Below, one piece after another: positions 36,638 through 45,690 of a stretch of 64,000 nucleotides of DNA. The stretch lies in NCBI GenBank assembly GCA_938003985.1, contig CALKWZ010000076.1:11045-75044 (forward strand), read 5' to 3'. The notes under the pieces were generated by a model. The model ran no database searches and was not told the origin of the DNA. It was given only the letters and a program-made list of their open reading frames with translations. A program made the position numbers and the translations under genes. Source of the stretch: an uncultured Verrucomicrobiota bacterium (lineage in GTDB: Bacteria; Verrucomicrobiota; Kiritimatiellia; CAIQIC01; Lenti-01). Positions within the stretch are counted from its first letter, which is position 1, and each line of letters begins with the position of its first letter.

Positions 36638-36754
36638 ACGGATGAGAAGTCTAGCGCGCCGCGCGGATGCTGAAAAGCGGAAACCGCGTGTCGCGATTCC
36701 CGGAGAACGAGCTCTCGCGGTGGCAACGAGGGGAAGCGGTCGGGAGGCTCAGAA

Positions 36755-36847
<93 letters not shown>

Positions 36848-36937
36848 GCAAAATCACATCAACTCATATCACAGAGCTTTCCCCGCCCCGGCCAAGGCCG
36901 GGGCGAGGCCTCGCCCCGCTGTCATCAGCGGGGCGGG

Positions 36938-36976
36938 CAAGCGGGCGCGATCGGCCACTCCGCCACCTCTCCGCAA
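36938..36976 (-). repeat. 39-bp perfect duplicate of the 5' half of tRNA-Ser (plus 4 nt of 5' flank)
   Basis: caagcgggcgcgatcggccactccgccacctctccgcaa occurs at 36813..36851 (inside the tRNA) and again at 36938..36976. The 86 bp between the copies is GC-rich hairpin sequence. Confidence 0.9.
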
Positions 36977-37077
36977 CAGGCTAAATTCAGATTTCAAGCA
37001 TCCCGGCCGTCGAGCCCGGGATTCCGGCCGTTCCGGCCCCGCCGGGGCCGGCTACAGCAAATCCGAAACATCGCAAT

Positions 37078-37163
37078 TGGTACCGGAGAAGGGACTTGAA
37101 CCCATACGCCCGTGAAGGCGCCAGATTTTGAGTCTGGTGCGTCTGCCATTCCGCCACTCCGGC
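37078..37163 (-). tRNA. tRNA-Leu (anticodon CAA), CCA encoded
   Basis: The reverse complement reads GCCGGAGTGGCGGAATGGCAGACGCACCAGACTCAAAATCTGG..GGGTTCAAGTCCCTTCTCCGGTACCA. Anticodon loop CTCAAAA. Long variable arm. Confidence 0.9.
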
Positions 37164-37240
37164 ATTCTCAATGGCACGCGAAACCTATCCGCCCCGCGCC
37201 GCCGGCGCAAGTCAAAAGAAGGGGGGTTGGGTTTACGAGT

Positions 37241-37329
37241 GAAGAGTTCAAAGTTCACGGTTCAAGGTTGGGGGGCGGGGGGAAGGGGAGAAGAGTTCAG
37301 AGTTCACGGTTCAAGGTTCAAGGTTGGGG
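37241..37329. repeat. Two imperfect direct repeats rich in GTTCA words, upstream of cstA
   Basis: gaagagttcaaagttcacggttcaaggttgggg (37241..37273) and gaagagttcagagttcacggttcaaggttcaaggttgggg (37290..37329). Confidence 0.8.
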
Positions 37330-37502
37330 AGGGGCACGGTGGTGCGTGGGCGGCGTGCGGGCTTCGTTCGTAGTCCAGCCTTCAGGCTGGATTTTCGCGC
37401 AGGCATGCCGCCGGGGCCACAGGCCGCAGGGCAAAATGCGCTGGATTTTCGGCGGGGAAGGGGGAGAATGGCGTGCGTTTTTCCAAGGAAAGCGGGTTGG
37501 CC

Positions 37503-39203
37503 ATGTTGAGTCTGATGTTCCTGGGCTGCTGCGCGCTGTTTTTCGCCGCCTACAAGATCTACGGCGGCTGGATGGAGCGCAAGCTGGACGCGATGGACGA
37601 GCGGCTGACGCCGGCGCACACGCTGCGCGACGGCGTGGACTACGAGCCGGGTCCGGACGCGGTGGTGTTCGGCCACCATTTCAGCTCCATCGCGGGCGCG
37701 GGGCCGATCGTGGGGCCGATCGCGGCCGCGCTGCTGTTCGGCTGGGGGCCGGCGCTGGTCTGGATCGTGCTGGGCGTGATCTTCGTCGGCGGCGTGCAGG
37801 ACTACACCTCCATGATGGCCAGCCTGCGCAACAAGGGCCAGAGCCTGGCGCAAATCGGGCGCACGACGATGGGGCCGCTGACCTACCGGCTGTTCCTGCT
37901 CTTCATCCTGCTGGTGCTGATCTACGTCATCATCGTCTTCCTGGACATGACCGCGGCGACCTTCGCGCCCGCGACGCTGGCGCGGGGCGACGCGGTGCCC
38001 GACGGTCCGCGCGTCGGCGGCGTGGTGGCGACGGCCTCGGTCTTCTACATCCTGCTGGCGGTGTTCTTCGGCCGGATGCTGAACCGCTGGCGGGTGTCCC
38101 TGCGCCGCGCCACGTTGATCGCGCTGCCGCTGGTGTTCGCCGGGTTGTGGCTGGGGCAACTGCTGCCGCTGTCGCCCGCGGTCGTGCCCGCCGTGCTGGG
38201 CTCGGACAAGTATTTCTGGTCGCTGGTGCTGATGGTCTACTGCCTGGCCGCGTCGATCCTGCCGGTGAACGCGCTGTTGCAGCCGCGGGATTACCTCTCC
38301 TCGTTCCTGCTCTACGCCTGCCTGGTCGGGGGGGCGCTGGGCCTGCTGGTAGGCTCCGCGACGGGCGGGGCCGAGATCGCCTGGCCGGCATTCAAGGCCT
38401 GGAGCTCGCCCAACGACGGCTTCATCTATCCGGCCCTGTGCGTGATGATCGCCTGCGGCGCGGTGAGCGGCTTCCACGCCGTGCTGGCCAGCGGGACGAC
38501 GTCGAAGCAGCTGAACAAGGAAAGCTCCGCCAAGCGCGTGGGCCTCGGCGCGATGCTGGTGGAAGCGGTCCTGGGGCTGCTGGCGCTGGCGACGGTGATG
38601 ACGCTGAAGGACATGCCGGCGGGCGCGCCGCCGGCGATCTTCGCGGAGGGCCTCGAACGCTTCTTCGCGCCGCTGGGCGTGGGGCAGGGCTGGATCCGGG
38701 CGTTCGCGATGCTGGCGGTGAGCACGTTCGTGCTGACGACGCTGGACACCTGCACGCGGTTGAGCCGCATCATGCTGCAGGAACTCACCGGCATCGACGC
38801 CAAGACCGTTTCCCACCGGGTGCTGACGACGCTGATCGTGCTGGCGCTGCCGGCGTTCGTCGTGTTCCGGGAAATCCCGGGGGCGGGCGGGGCGATGATG
38901 CCGGCCTGGAAGGCCATCTGGCCGGCCTTCGGCGCGACGAACCAGCTCATGGGCGCGCTGGCGCTGCTGATGGTCCACGGCTGGCTGCGCCGGCAGGGGA
39001 AAACCGCCTGGTTCGTGTTCCTGCCGATGGTGTTCATGTTCGTCACCACGCTGCTGGCCCTGGGCCAGATCGTCTGGCGCAATTTCGCGCAGGGCGGCAG
39101 TCCCTTGGTGGGCGGCCTAAGCGCCGTGCTGTTCGTTTTGGCCCTGGTCGTGCTGGCGGACGTCGCCGGCCGCGCCCTGCGGCATCGGCCGGCGGCCCGC
39201 TGA
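37503..39203 (+). CDS. cstA: Carbon starvation protein A family peptide/pyruvate transporter
   Basis: ..YKIYGGWMERKL..DGVDYEPGPDAVVFGHHFSSIAGAGPIVGPI.. is the CstA N-terminal signature. Multi-TM protein. ATG at 37503, with an alternative GTG at 37473. Confidence 0.85.
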   Translation: MLSLMFLGCCALFFAAYKIYGGWMERKLDAMDERLTPAHTLRDGVDYEPGPDAVVFGHHFSSIAGAGPIVGPIAAALLFGWGPALVWIVLGVIFVGGVQDYTSMMASLRNKGQSLAQIGRTTMGPLTYRLFLLFILLVLIYVIIVFLDMTAATFAPATLARGDAVPDGPRVGGVVATASVFYILLAVFFGRMLNRWRVSLRRATLIALPLVFAGLWLGQLLPLSPAVVPAVLGSDKYFWSLVLMVYCLAASILPVNALLQPRDYLSSFLLYACLVGGALGLLVGSATGGAEIAWPAFKAWSSPNDGFIYPALCVMIACGAVSGFHAVLASGTTSKQLNKESSAKRVGLGAMLVEAVLGLLALATVMTLKDMPAGAPPAIFAEGLERFFAPLGVGQGWIRAFAMLAVSTFVLTTLDTCTRLSRIMLQELTGIDAKTVSHRVLTTLIVLALPAFVVFREIPGAGGAMMPAWKAIWPAFGATNQLMGALALLMVHGWLRRQGKTAWFVFLPMVFMFVTTLLALGQIVWRNFAQGGSPLVGGLSAVLFVLALVVLADVAGRALRHRPAAR

Positions 39204-39325
39204 TTCCCGCGCCGTTCCGGAAAACCGTCCGGTGCGTTTTACCGGTAAAATGCGCTACATTTTACTTGCGCCGTCGAGCGGTTTACCGGACACTCGCGCC
39301 TATCAACCTACCGAAGGAGCCCCCG

Positions 39326-40354
39326 ATGAAACGCAGGACCATCAAGGACATCGCCAAGGAAAGCGGTTTTTCGCTCAGCACGGTTTCGCTGGTGCTGAAC
39401 AACCATCCGCGCATCAGCCAGGCCACGCGCGACCGCGTCATGGCGGTGGTGAAAAAGTACAATTTCTTCCCGAACAGCGCCGCGCGCGGGCTGGCCTCCA
39501 AGTCGAGCAAGACGCTCAGCGTGGTGGTGCCGAACCTCACGCGCGTGTTTTCCGACATCTACCTCGGCGAACTGATCTCGGGCATCTACGAGCGCGCGAC
39601 GTCGCAGGGCTACAAGATCCTGCTGGACATCGCCACCGCGCAGTTCGTGAAGTCGCAGGAATACCTCAAGCTGCTGGCCAGCCGCCGCGCCGACGGCATG
39701 CTGTTCATCGCTTCCGACATCCACGCCGACTATCTCAGCGTGTTCGAGAACGGCCCCTACAAGTTCCTGCTCGTGAACCATCTCTTCCCCGGCAAGAAGC
39801 TCAACTACGTCAGCGTGGACTACGCGGCGTCCGCGCGCCTCGCCGCGGAGCACCTGCTGGGCCTCGGCCACCGCCGGATCGGCCTGATCGCCGGCACGAA
39901 CACCCACACCGGCCTGCAGTTCCGCGACGAATTCGTCCGGGTCGCCAAGGGCTGGCCCGCGGGCAGCGCGCAGGTCGCCTGGGTGGACGGCGGCGAGGAG
40001 TGGAGCCAGCGCGGCGGCTATGCCGCCGCCGCCAAGCTCATGGCCCAGATGCCCGACCTGACCGCCATCATGGCCGCCAACGACCGCATGGCCATCGGCG
40101 CCATGCGCTGGCTGGCCGACAACCGCCGCGAAGTGCCCGAGGAAGTCTCCGTCATGGGCGTCGACGACATCCAGCTGGCGGCCTACGTCAACCCCGGCCT
40201 CTCGACCGTCCGCCACGACCTCTACCAGGTGGGCATCGAGTCCTGCAACCGCATGCTCCAGCTCGTCAAGGGCGAGATCGCGGAATGCAGCGACCTGCTG
40301 CCGACCTCGCTCGTGGTCCGCGGCTCCACCGGCCGCGCCCGCGGCGGCAAGTAG
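39326..40354 (+). CDS. LacI/GalR-family transcriptional regulator
   Basis: MKRRTIKDIAKESGFSLSTVSLVLNNHPRISQATRDRVMAVVKKYNFFPNSAARGL (LacI HTH) plus a periplasmic-binding-fold core. AAGGAG lies 6 nt upstream of the ATG at 39326. Confidence 0.9.
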   Translation: MKRRTIKDIAKESGFSLSTVSLVLNNHPRISQATRDRVMAVVKKYNFFPNSAARGLASKSSKTLSVVVPNLTRVFSDIYLGELISGIYERATSQGYKILLDIATAQFVKSQEYLKLLASRRADGMLFIASDIHADYLSVFENGPYKFLLVNHLFPGKKLNYVSVDYAASARLAAEHLLGLGHRRIGLIAGTNTHTGLQFRDEFVRVAKGWPAGSAQVAWVDGGEEWSQRGGYAAAAKLMAQMPDLTAIMAANDRMAIGAMRWLADNRREVPEEVSVMGVDDIQLAAYVNPGLSTVRHDLYQVGIESCNRMLQLVKGEIAECSDLLPTSLVVRGSTGRARGGK

Positions 40355-40365
40355 CCGCCCGCCGG

Positions 40366-40473
40366 ATTTTCACGTCGTACGTAAAAACTTTTTACGTACG
40401 ACGTAAAACCCGTTCAACGTTTTTTACGTTCCACGTTAAACGCGCGGAACGTATTTACGTTCCACGTAAAAAT
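40366..40473. repeat. Array of four AT-rich palindromes of the TTTACGT-nnn-ACGTAAA family
   Basis: attttcacgtcgtacgtaaaaa, ctttttacgtacgacgtaaaac, ttttttacgttccacgttaaa and tatttacgttccacgtaaaaa. Centres lie at 40377, 40399, 40431 and 40462. Located between the convergent LacI-regulator and glycosyltransferase genes. Confidence 0.85.
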
Positions 40474-40486
40474 CCGCGGGGGCGGA

Positions 40487-41695
40487 TCAGAGCGCGTCGG
40501 GGTTGCGGCAGACGTCGGCGGCGGCGCCGAGGAGCTGGCGGTAGACGCCGGCGAGGCGGCGGCGGTATTCGCGGTAGTTGTACGTCGTGCGGTGCAACTC
40601 GCGCCCGGCGGCGCCGAGGCGCTCGCGCAACGGGGCGTCGTTCGCCAAGGCGACGATGCCGGCGGCGAACGCGGCGGAATCGGGCGCGACGAGCCGGGCG
40701 GTCGTTTCGTCGAGGATCAGGCGGTTGGCGGGATTGTCGCAGGCGACGATGGCGCGGCCGGCCTTGAGGTAGTCGAGCAGCTTGAGGGGGGTGTTGCCGC
40801 CGGCGATGCGCGGCGACAGCAGGACGTCGGCCGCGGCCAGCACGTGCGGCAGTTCGTCGGGGTGGATGTGGCCGGGGAACAGGACGCGCTCGGCCAGGCC
40901 GGCGTCCATGAGCGCCGTCTGGCGCAGGGCCACCTGGTCCGGGCTGCCGCCGATCACGGCGAAATAGAGGTGGGGATGTTGCCGCAGGGCGGCGGGGATG
41001 GCGTGGAAGAGCAGGTCGATGCCCTGGTAGACGGCGAAAGAGCCGACGTAGAGCGCGAGCACCGCGCCGGGCGGCAGGCCGAGGCGCGCGCGGGCTTCCC
41101 GCGTTTTCGCCGGATCGGGCTCCACGAGCGAGGACGGGATGTCGAAGACGTGGTGCACGGGTTTGCCGGGGGCGATCTGTTGGGCCTGGGCGACGAGCGC
41201 CGGGCCGGTGCCGATCACGGCGTCGGCGCGCCGGATCGAAAAGCGCTCGACGCGGCGATAGGCGGCCATGACGAGGTTGCGGACGAACCCCTTCTTGTAG
41301 GACGCGGGGTCGGAGTGCTTCTCGAAAATCATCTTGGCGCCGTGGCGGCGGGCGAGGACCGCGGCGATGGGGCCGGCATCCTCGATGCCGTGGATGACGT
41401 GGTAATGCCGGCGGCGCGCAAGGGCGGCGGCCTTGAAGTAGAGCGCCACGTCGAGCAGGGCCTTGGGCGCCGAGGGACCGATGGGCAGATCCTGGACGCG
41501 GATGAAATTGGGCGCGCGGTGGTGGGTCACGCCGGGAATCGCCAGGTCGTCGCCGACGGGCATCGTCAGCAGATCGACGTCGTAGCCGAGTTCGGCGAGG
41601 GCCTGGGCGTTGAACCGCACGCGCAGGGGCGAGCCGCGCCACTGGAAAAACGGCTGCGGGGAAATCAGCAGGACGCGCGGCATTTCCGGAATCAT
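40487..41695 (-). CDS. GT-B fold glycosyltransferase (family 4/1-like)
   Basis: Start MIPEMPRVLLISPQPFF at 41695 (ATGA overlap with the upstream stop). C-terminal ..LLSPRIAGGNTPLKLLDYLKAGRAIVA resembles the E-x7-E region of GT4 enzymes. Confidence 0.8.
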   Translation of the reverse strand: MIPEMPRVLLISPQPFFQWRGSPLRVRFNAQALAELGYDVDLLTMPVGDDLAIPGVTHHRAPNFIRVQDLPIGPSAPKALLDVALYFKAAALARRRHYHVIHGIEDAGPIAAVLARRHGAKMIFEKHSDPASYKKGFVRNLVMAAYRRVERFSIRRADAVIGTGPALVAQAQQIAPGKPVHHVFDIPSSLVEPDPAKTREARARLGLPPGAVLALYVGSFAVYQGIDLLFHAIPAALRQHPHLYFAVIGGSPDQVALRQTALMDAGLAERVLFPGHIHPDELPHVLAAADVLLSPRIAGGNTPLKLLDYLKAGRAIVACDNPANRLILDETTARLVAPDSAAFAAGIVALANDAPLRERLGAAGRELHRTTYNYREYRRRLAGVYRQLLGAAADVCRNPDAL

Positions 41696-42495
41696 GGCTG
41701 TTTTTTCTCCTGCGCGTTGCGGCGCAGCCGGCGGAAGACGTCCAGCGGCGTCCCGCGCTGGCCGCCGAAGCGGATGTCGACGCGGCCGGTCGCGAGCGCG
41801 GCCTTGAGCGGCGCGACGAGGCGCGCCGGATCGGCGGGGGCCGGAATCTCGAAGGTGCAATGATAGGAGCCGGCGACGTCTTCCTCGCCCGCGAAGGGCA
41901 GGGGATCGGAGCCGGCCAGCACGGCGCGGCCGGCGCGGCGGGCCTGGGCGTAGAGGCGCGGCGCGGGCCAGCCGAACGGGCGCAGGGAGGTATCCACCAG
42001 CACGAGCTGTTCCGGCGGAAATTCGGCGACCAGTTCGCGCACGAGCCGGCCGCGGCCGAAGAGCCATTTGCCGGGCGCCCAGTCGAGCGCGGGCAGGCCG
42101 CCGGCGGCCCGGATGGCGCGGACGATTTCGCGCGCGGGCCGGCCGTCGGGGAGGGGTTCGTCGCTGCAGAGGGAACAGACTTCGATGCGTTCGGCGGAAA
42201 CGATCTGGCGGCCGGCGAGGATCCAGACGTCGCGGTGGTCGGGCAGATGGCGCAACTTGACGCCGCCGTCGGGGTCCCAGGCGACGACGCGCCAGCGGTC
42301 GCCGGGCAGGCGGATTTCGTCCTGCGCGAGGGCCTGGAAGAACGCGCAGTCGGCGCGTTCGGCCAGCGCGAGGACGCGCTGGTCGGTGGGCGCGCGGCGC
42401 GGCATGCGGTCGAGCGCGGCCCGCAGGAGGCGCGGCAGGTCGTGGAAGGGATAGACGTGGACGTGGGCGTCGAGATGGATGCGGAGGGGCTTCAT
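41692..42495 (-). CDS. Hypothetical metal-dependent hydrolase-like protein (PHP/amidohydrolase-like HxH start)
   Basis: MKPLRIHLDAHVHVYPFHD.. 267 aa. ATGA overlaps at both ends. The family assignment is weak. Confidence 0.45.
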   Translation of the reverse strand: MKPLRIHLDAHVHVYPFHDLPRLLRAALDRMPRRAPTDQRVLALAERADCAFFQALAQDEIRLPGDRWRVVAWDPDGGVKLRHLPDHRDVWILAGRQIVSAERIEVCSLCSDEPLPDGRPAREIVRAIRAAGGLPALDWAPGKWLFGRGRLVRELVAEFPPEQLVLVDTSLRPFGWPAPRLYAQARRAGRAVLAGSDPLPFAGEEDVAGSYHCTFEIPAPADPARLVAPLKAALATGRVDIRFGGQRGTPLDVFRRLRRNAQEKKQP

Positions 42496-44225
42496 GGATT
42501 TTCCGGTGGCGTGAGCGCGGCGACGGTCCAGGCCGGCAGCGTGAAGACGAAATCGCGCCCGCGCAAGGTGGCCAGCCGCGGACCGTCGGGGGCGGTTTCG
42601 GCGCCGACGGTCAACGTGGCGGCGATGCCGCTGGCGCCGCGCAGCCGGACGGAGAGGACCAGATGCGGCGGGTCGAAGGCGGCGGGCGGCAACTCGGCGG
42701 CGGCCGGCAAAATGCTTTCCGCGCGCAGGGGCGCGAGCGCGGCCAGCAGGCCGTCGAGCCACGGCGCGGCCGGCACCCATTGGCCGGTGCTGGGATCGCG
42801 GTCGATCTGGACGGTCGCTTCGCCGGCGGCGATGCGGATGCGGTCGACGTCGGCCGGCGCGAGTTCGAGGACGTCGCGCGCGCGGTAGGGCCGGGGATCG
42901 AGCGGGAAATCCAGCAGGCGGGCCGGGGCCGCGACGGCGACGCTGGCTTCGCCCTCGACGGCGACGCGGCAGGCGTCGGGGTTGTCCGGCACCGGCGCGA
43001 CGCGCAGGACGACGTCGGGGGCGCGGTCCCGGCGCGGCGTCAGGCGGATTTCGCGGGTCCACTCGGGCGGCGGGGCGGAGGTTGCGGCGTTTTCGAAGGC
43101 GCCGAGGCGGACGTCCGCCCAGGACCGCAGGAGGTCGCGGACGGCCTCGGCCTCGGCCGGCGCGCGGAGGGGCGCGACGATGCGCCAGGCGCCGTCGTCC
43201 TGGCGGAATTCGAGGGCGGTTTCGCCGGCCTCGACGCGGAGGCCGCGGAGTTCGTCGGGATCGAGGCCGGGCAGGCGCCGGTCGCGCAATTCGTCGGGGG
43301 CGACGAGCAGCGCCTGGCGGACCTCGCGCGGGACGGCATAGATGGAATTCTCGGCTTGCAGCCGGGCATAGACGAGGGCGGGGTCGTTCGGCAGGGGATC
43401 GCCGAGGACGAGCACCTGGGAGCCGTCGCCGGCGTCGGTGTTGAGCACGGCGGAGACGGCGCTCTGGCTGTCGAGGCCGTAGGGGGCGAGATCGCCGACG
43501 CCGTCCTGCACGAACTGGACGACGGAACAGGCCAGCAGTTTTTCGACGAGGGCGGCCACGCTGGCGGAATCCGCGCGGGCGGCGAAAGGCTGGTAGAGGC
43601 GCCAGCCGTTGTGTTCGGCGCGGGCCAGCTGGAGGTAGCCCCCCGGGCCGCGGACGTCGAGGCGGTCGATGTCCGCCGGCGCGCCGGCCAGCAGCGCGCG
43701 GTCGCGCAGCGCCTCCGCGCCGGCCGGCAGCAGGCCGAGCAGGGCGGGATCGAGGCGGACGAGGCCGGCCTGTTCGGACTGGCGGACGTAGACGCCGTCG
43801 CCCAGCGGCGTGCGGCGGCCGATGAGGATGCGGTTGGTGGCGGTGCCGGAGAGCAGGGCGATGGCCGCGCGCGGCGCGTCGAGGCCGTAGGGCGCATAGG
43901 GATTGCCGGCGCGCTTGGGCGGCAGGAGGACGTCGCCGCGCGGCAGCTCCTGCAGCGCGCCCAGCAGGCGGGCGATGGCGAGCGGATCGGCGCGCGCCGC
44001 GATGGGCCGGACCAGCCGCCAGCGGCGGCCGTCGTGGCGGCACTCGATGGCCTGGCCGTCGGTCTCGATGATCAGGCCGTCCACGCGCGCGGGATCGAAG
44101 CGGAACGCGCGGCGGGTCTGTTCGAGCCGGGCGCGGGCGGTTTCGTCGTCGCGGTCCGCGAACGCGATCAGCAGCGCGAGCGCGGCGGCGACGAGGGCCA
44201 ACATGCCGGTCAGGCGGAAGCTCAT
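42492..44225 (-). CDS. DUF4340-like protein (accessory protein of GldG-type ABC systems)
   Basis: 577 aa with an N-terminal TM segment (LTGMLALVAAALALLIAF) and repeated beta-rich modules. The position directly after a GldG-like gene matches the usual DUF4340 context. Confidence 0.55.
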   Translation of the reverse strand: MSFRLTGMLALVAAALALLIAFADRDDETARARLEQTRRAFRFDPARVDGLIIETDGQAIECRHDGRRWRLVRPIAARADPLAIARLLGALQELPRGDVLLPPKRAGNPYAPYGLDAPRAAIALLSGTATNRILIGRRTPLGDGVYVRQSEQAGLVRLDPALLGLLPAGAEALRDRALLAGAPADIDRLDVRGPGGYLQLARAEHNGWRLYQPFAARADSASVAALVEKLLACSVVQFVQDGVGDLAPYGLDSQSAVSAVLNTDAGDGSQVLVLGDPLPNDPALVYARLQAENSIYAVPREVRQALLVAPDELRDRRLPGLDPDELRGLRVEAGETALEFRQDDGAWRIVAPLRAPAEAEAVRDLLRSWADVRLGAFENAATSAPPPEWTREIRLTPRRDRAPDVVLRVAPVPDNPDACRVAVEGEASVAVAAPARLLDFPLDPRPYRARDVLELAPADVDRIRIAAGEATVQIDRDPSTGQWVPAAPWLDGLLAALAPLRAESILPAAAELPPAAFDPPHLVLSVRLRGASGIAATLTVGAETAPDGPRLATLRGRDFVFTLPAWTVAALTPPENP

Positions 44226-44228
44226 CGC

Positions 44229-45686
44229 TCAGCGCCTCCTGCGCCAGACGGCCCACAGGCCCAGCGCCGCGACGCATCCGGGGAGGGCGCCGCCGGCGAT
44301 CCAGAAGAGCTGGCGCAACTGGCGCGCGTCGAGCACGAGGCGGAGTTCCTCGAACGCGGCGGGCGCCGCGGCGAAACCGCCTTCGCTTTCCAGCAGCCAG
44401 CGCACGGCGTTGAGGAAGAAGTCGGCGTTGGCGCCCATGAGCCCGCCGTTGGCGGCGAAATCGGAATCGCCGACGACCACGAGGCGGGTGGGGCGGATCT
44501 GCACGTGGACGCCCGGCACGGGGCCGCGCTCGACGGCGACCGCGACGGGCAGCGGCCCGGGCAGGTCCACCTGCGGATCGAAGTGCGCGGCCGGATCGTC
44601 CGGATCGAACTCCGCCCAGCCGGACGCCGAGCAGGTGGCCAGCGGAGCGACGCTCGGTTTGTCGGCGCCGGGTTCGGGGTCGCGGGCGCGCACCGACCGC
44701 GGCAGGAAGAAGACGCTGGCGAGGCCCTGCAAGGGCGCGGTGATGGCGTGCGCGGGATAGGCGGACACGTGGAGTTCGCGGCCGCTGAGGGTGCGGGCTT
44801 CGTCCACGACGACGTCGTTGCCCAGCTCCACGCCCCAGTCGCGCAGCAGCGGTTCCAGCCCCGTGGCGGTGCGGGCGTCCAGCAACAGGAGCAGCCGGCC
44901 TTTGCGGTTGAGATAGTCGCGCAGGAGGGCGATCTCGAACGGCGCGAATTCCCGGACGGGGCCGGCGACGATCAGGACCGCGCAGCGGTTCGGCACGGTC
45001 TTGCTTTCGCCGAGATCGAGCCGCTCGACGTCGAGGTTGGCGTCGCGCAGGTGCGCGGCGATGCGGGAATAGCCCGCGTGCCGGTCGAAGTCGTCGGGCG
45101 CGCGCTCGCCGTGGCCCTGGAGGAAACAGGCGACGGGCCGCGCGGCCTGCGCGAGCCCCTGGATCGCGCGGCCGAAGAGCGCCTCGCCGCGGAACGTCCG
45201 GCGGGGCGGATCGTCGGGATCGGCGGCCGCGGCGTACTCGACGAGATCGGCGGCGGGCACGATCTGGTGGCGGCCGCCGATGGCGACGGCGACGCCTTCG
45301 CCGCCGGTCCAGCCGTACTGCGCGACGAGCTGCTCGGTGCGCGCCCGGTCGCGGTCCGGGTCCACGAATTCGACGGCGACGTTGGGCGCCCGCGCGGCGT
45401 ATTCCCGCAGCAGCGCTTCCGTGGCGCGGTAGGCTTCGTGGTCCGGCCGCAGCAGCGCGACGAACCGGACGTCCTGCGCGACGGCTTCCAGCTGGCGCCG
45501 GCTGGCGTCGGACAGCCGCGCGAACGGCCGGCGGCTCCAGTTGAAGCGCTCGTAGTGGCGGCCCGACAGGACGTTGGCCATGGCGAAGATCGCGACGCCC
45601 AGCCCGATGGCCGCGGCGACGTTGGCGCGCAGCAGCCGGCGCCGGGCCCGGTCGGAGAGGTGGAGGATGGGCGCGTGGTCGGCCAT
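44229..45686 (-). CDS. GldG-like ABC-transporter auxiliary component
   Basis: 485 aa with N- and C-terminal TM segments. ..RFNWSRRPFARLSDASRRQLEAVAQDVRFVALL.. and the overall architecture resemble the ABC_transp_aux/GldG family. Confidence 0.65.
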   Translation of the reverse strand: MADHAPILHLSDRARRRLLRANVAAAIGLGVAIFAMANVLSGRHYERFNWSRRPFARLSDASRRQLEAVAQDVRFVALLRPDHEAYRATEALLREYAARAPNVAVEFVDPDRDRARTEQLVAQYGWTGGEGVAVAIGGRHQIVPAADLVEYAAAADPDDPPRRTFRGEALFGRAIQGLAQAARPVACFLQGHGERAPDDFDRHAGYSRIAAHLRDANLDVERLDLGESKTVPNRCAVLIVAGPVREFAPFEIALLRDYLNRKGRLLLLLDARTATGLEPLLRDWGVELGNDVVVDEARTLSGRELHVSAYPAHAITAPLQGLASVFFLPRSVRARDPEPGADKPSVAPLATCSASGWAEFDPDDPAAHFDPQVDLPGPLPVAVAVERGPVPGVHVQIRPTRLVVVGDSDFAANGGLMGANADFFLNAVRWLLESEGGFAAAPAAFEELRLVLDARQLRQLFWIAGGALPGCVAALGLWAVWRRRR

Positions 45687-45690
45687 GGCG

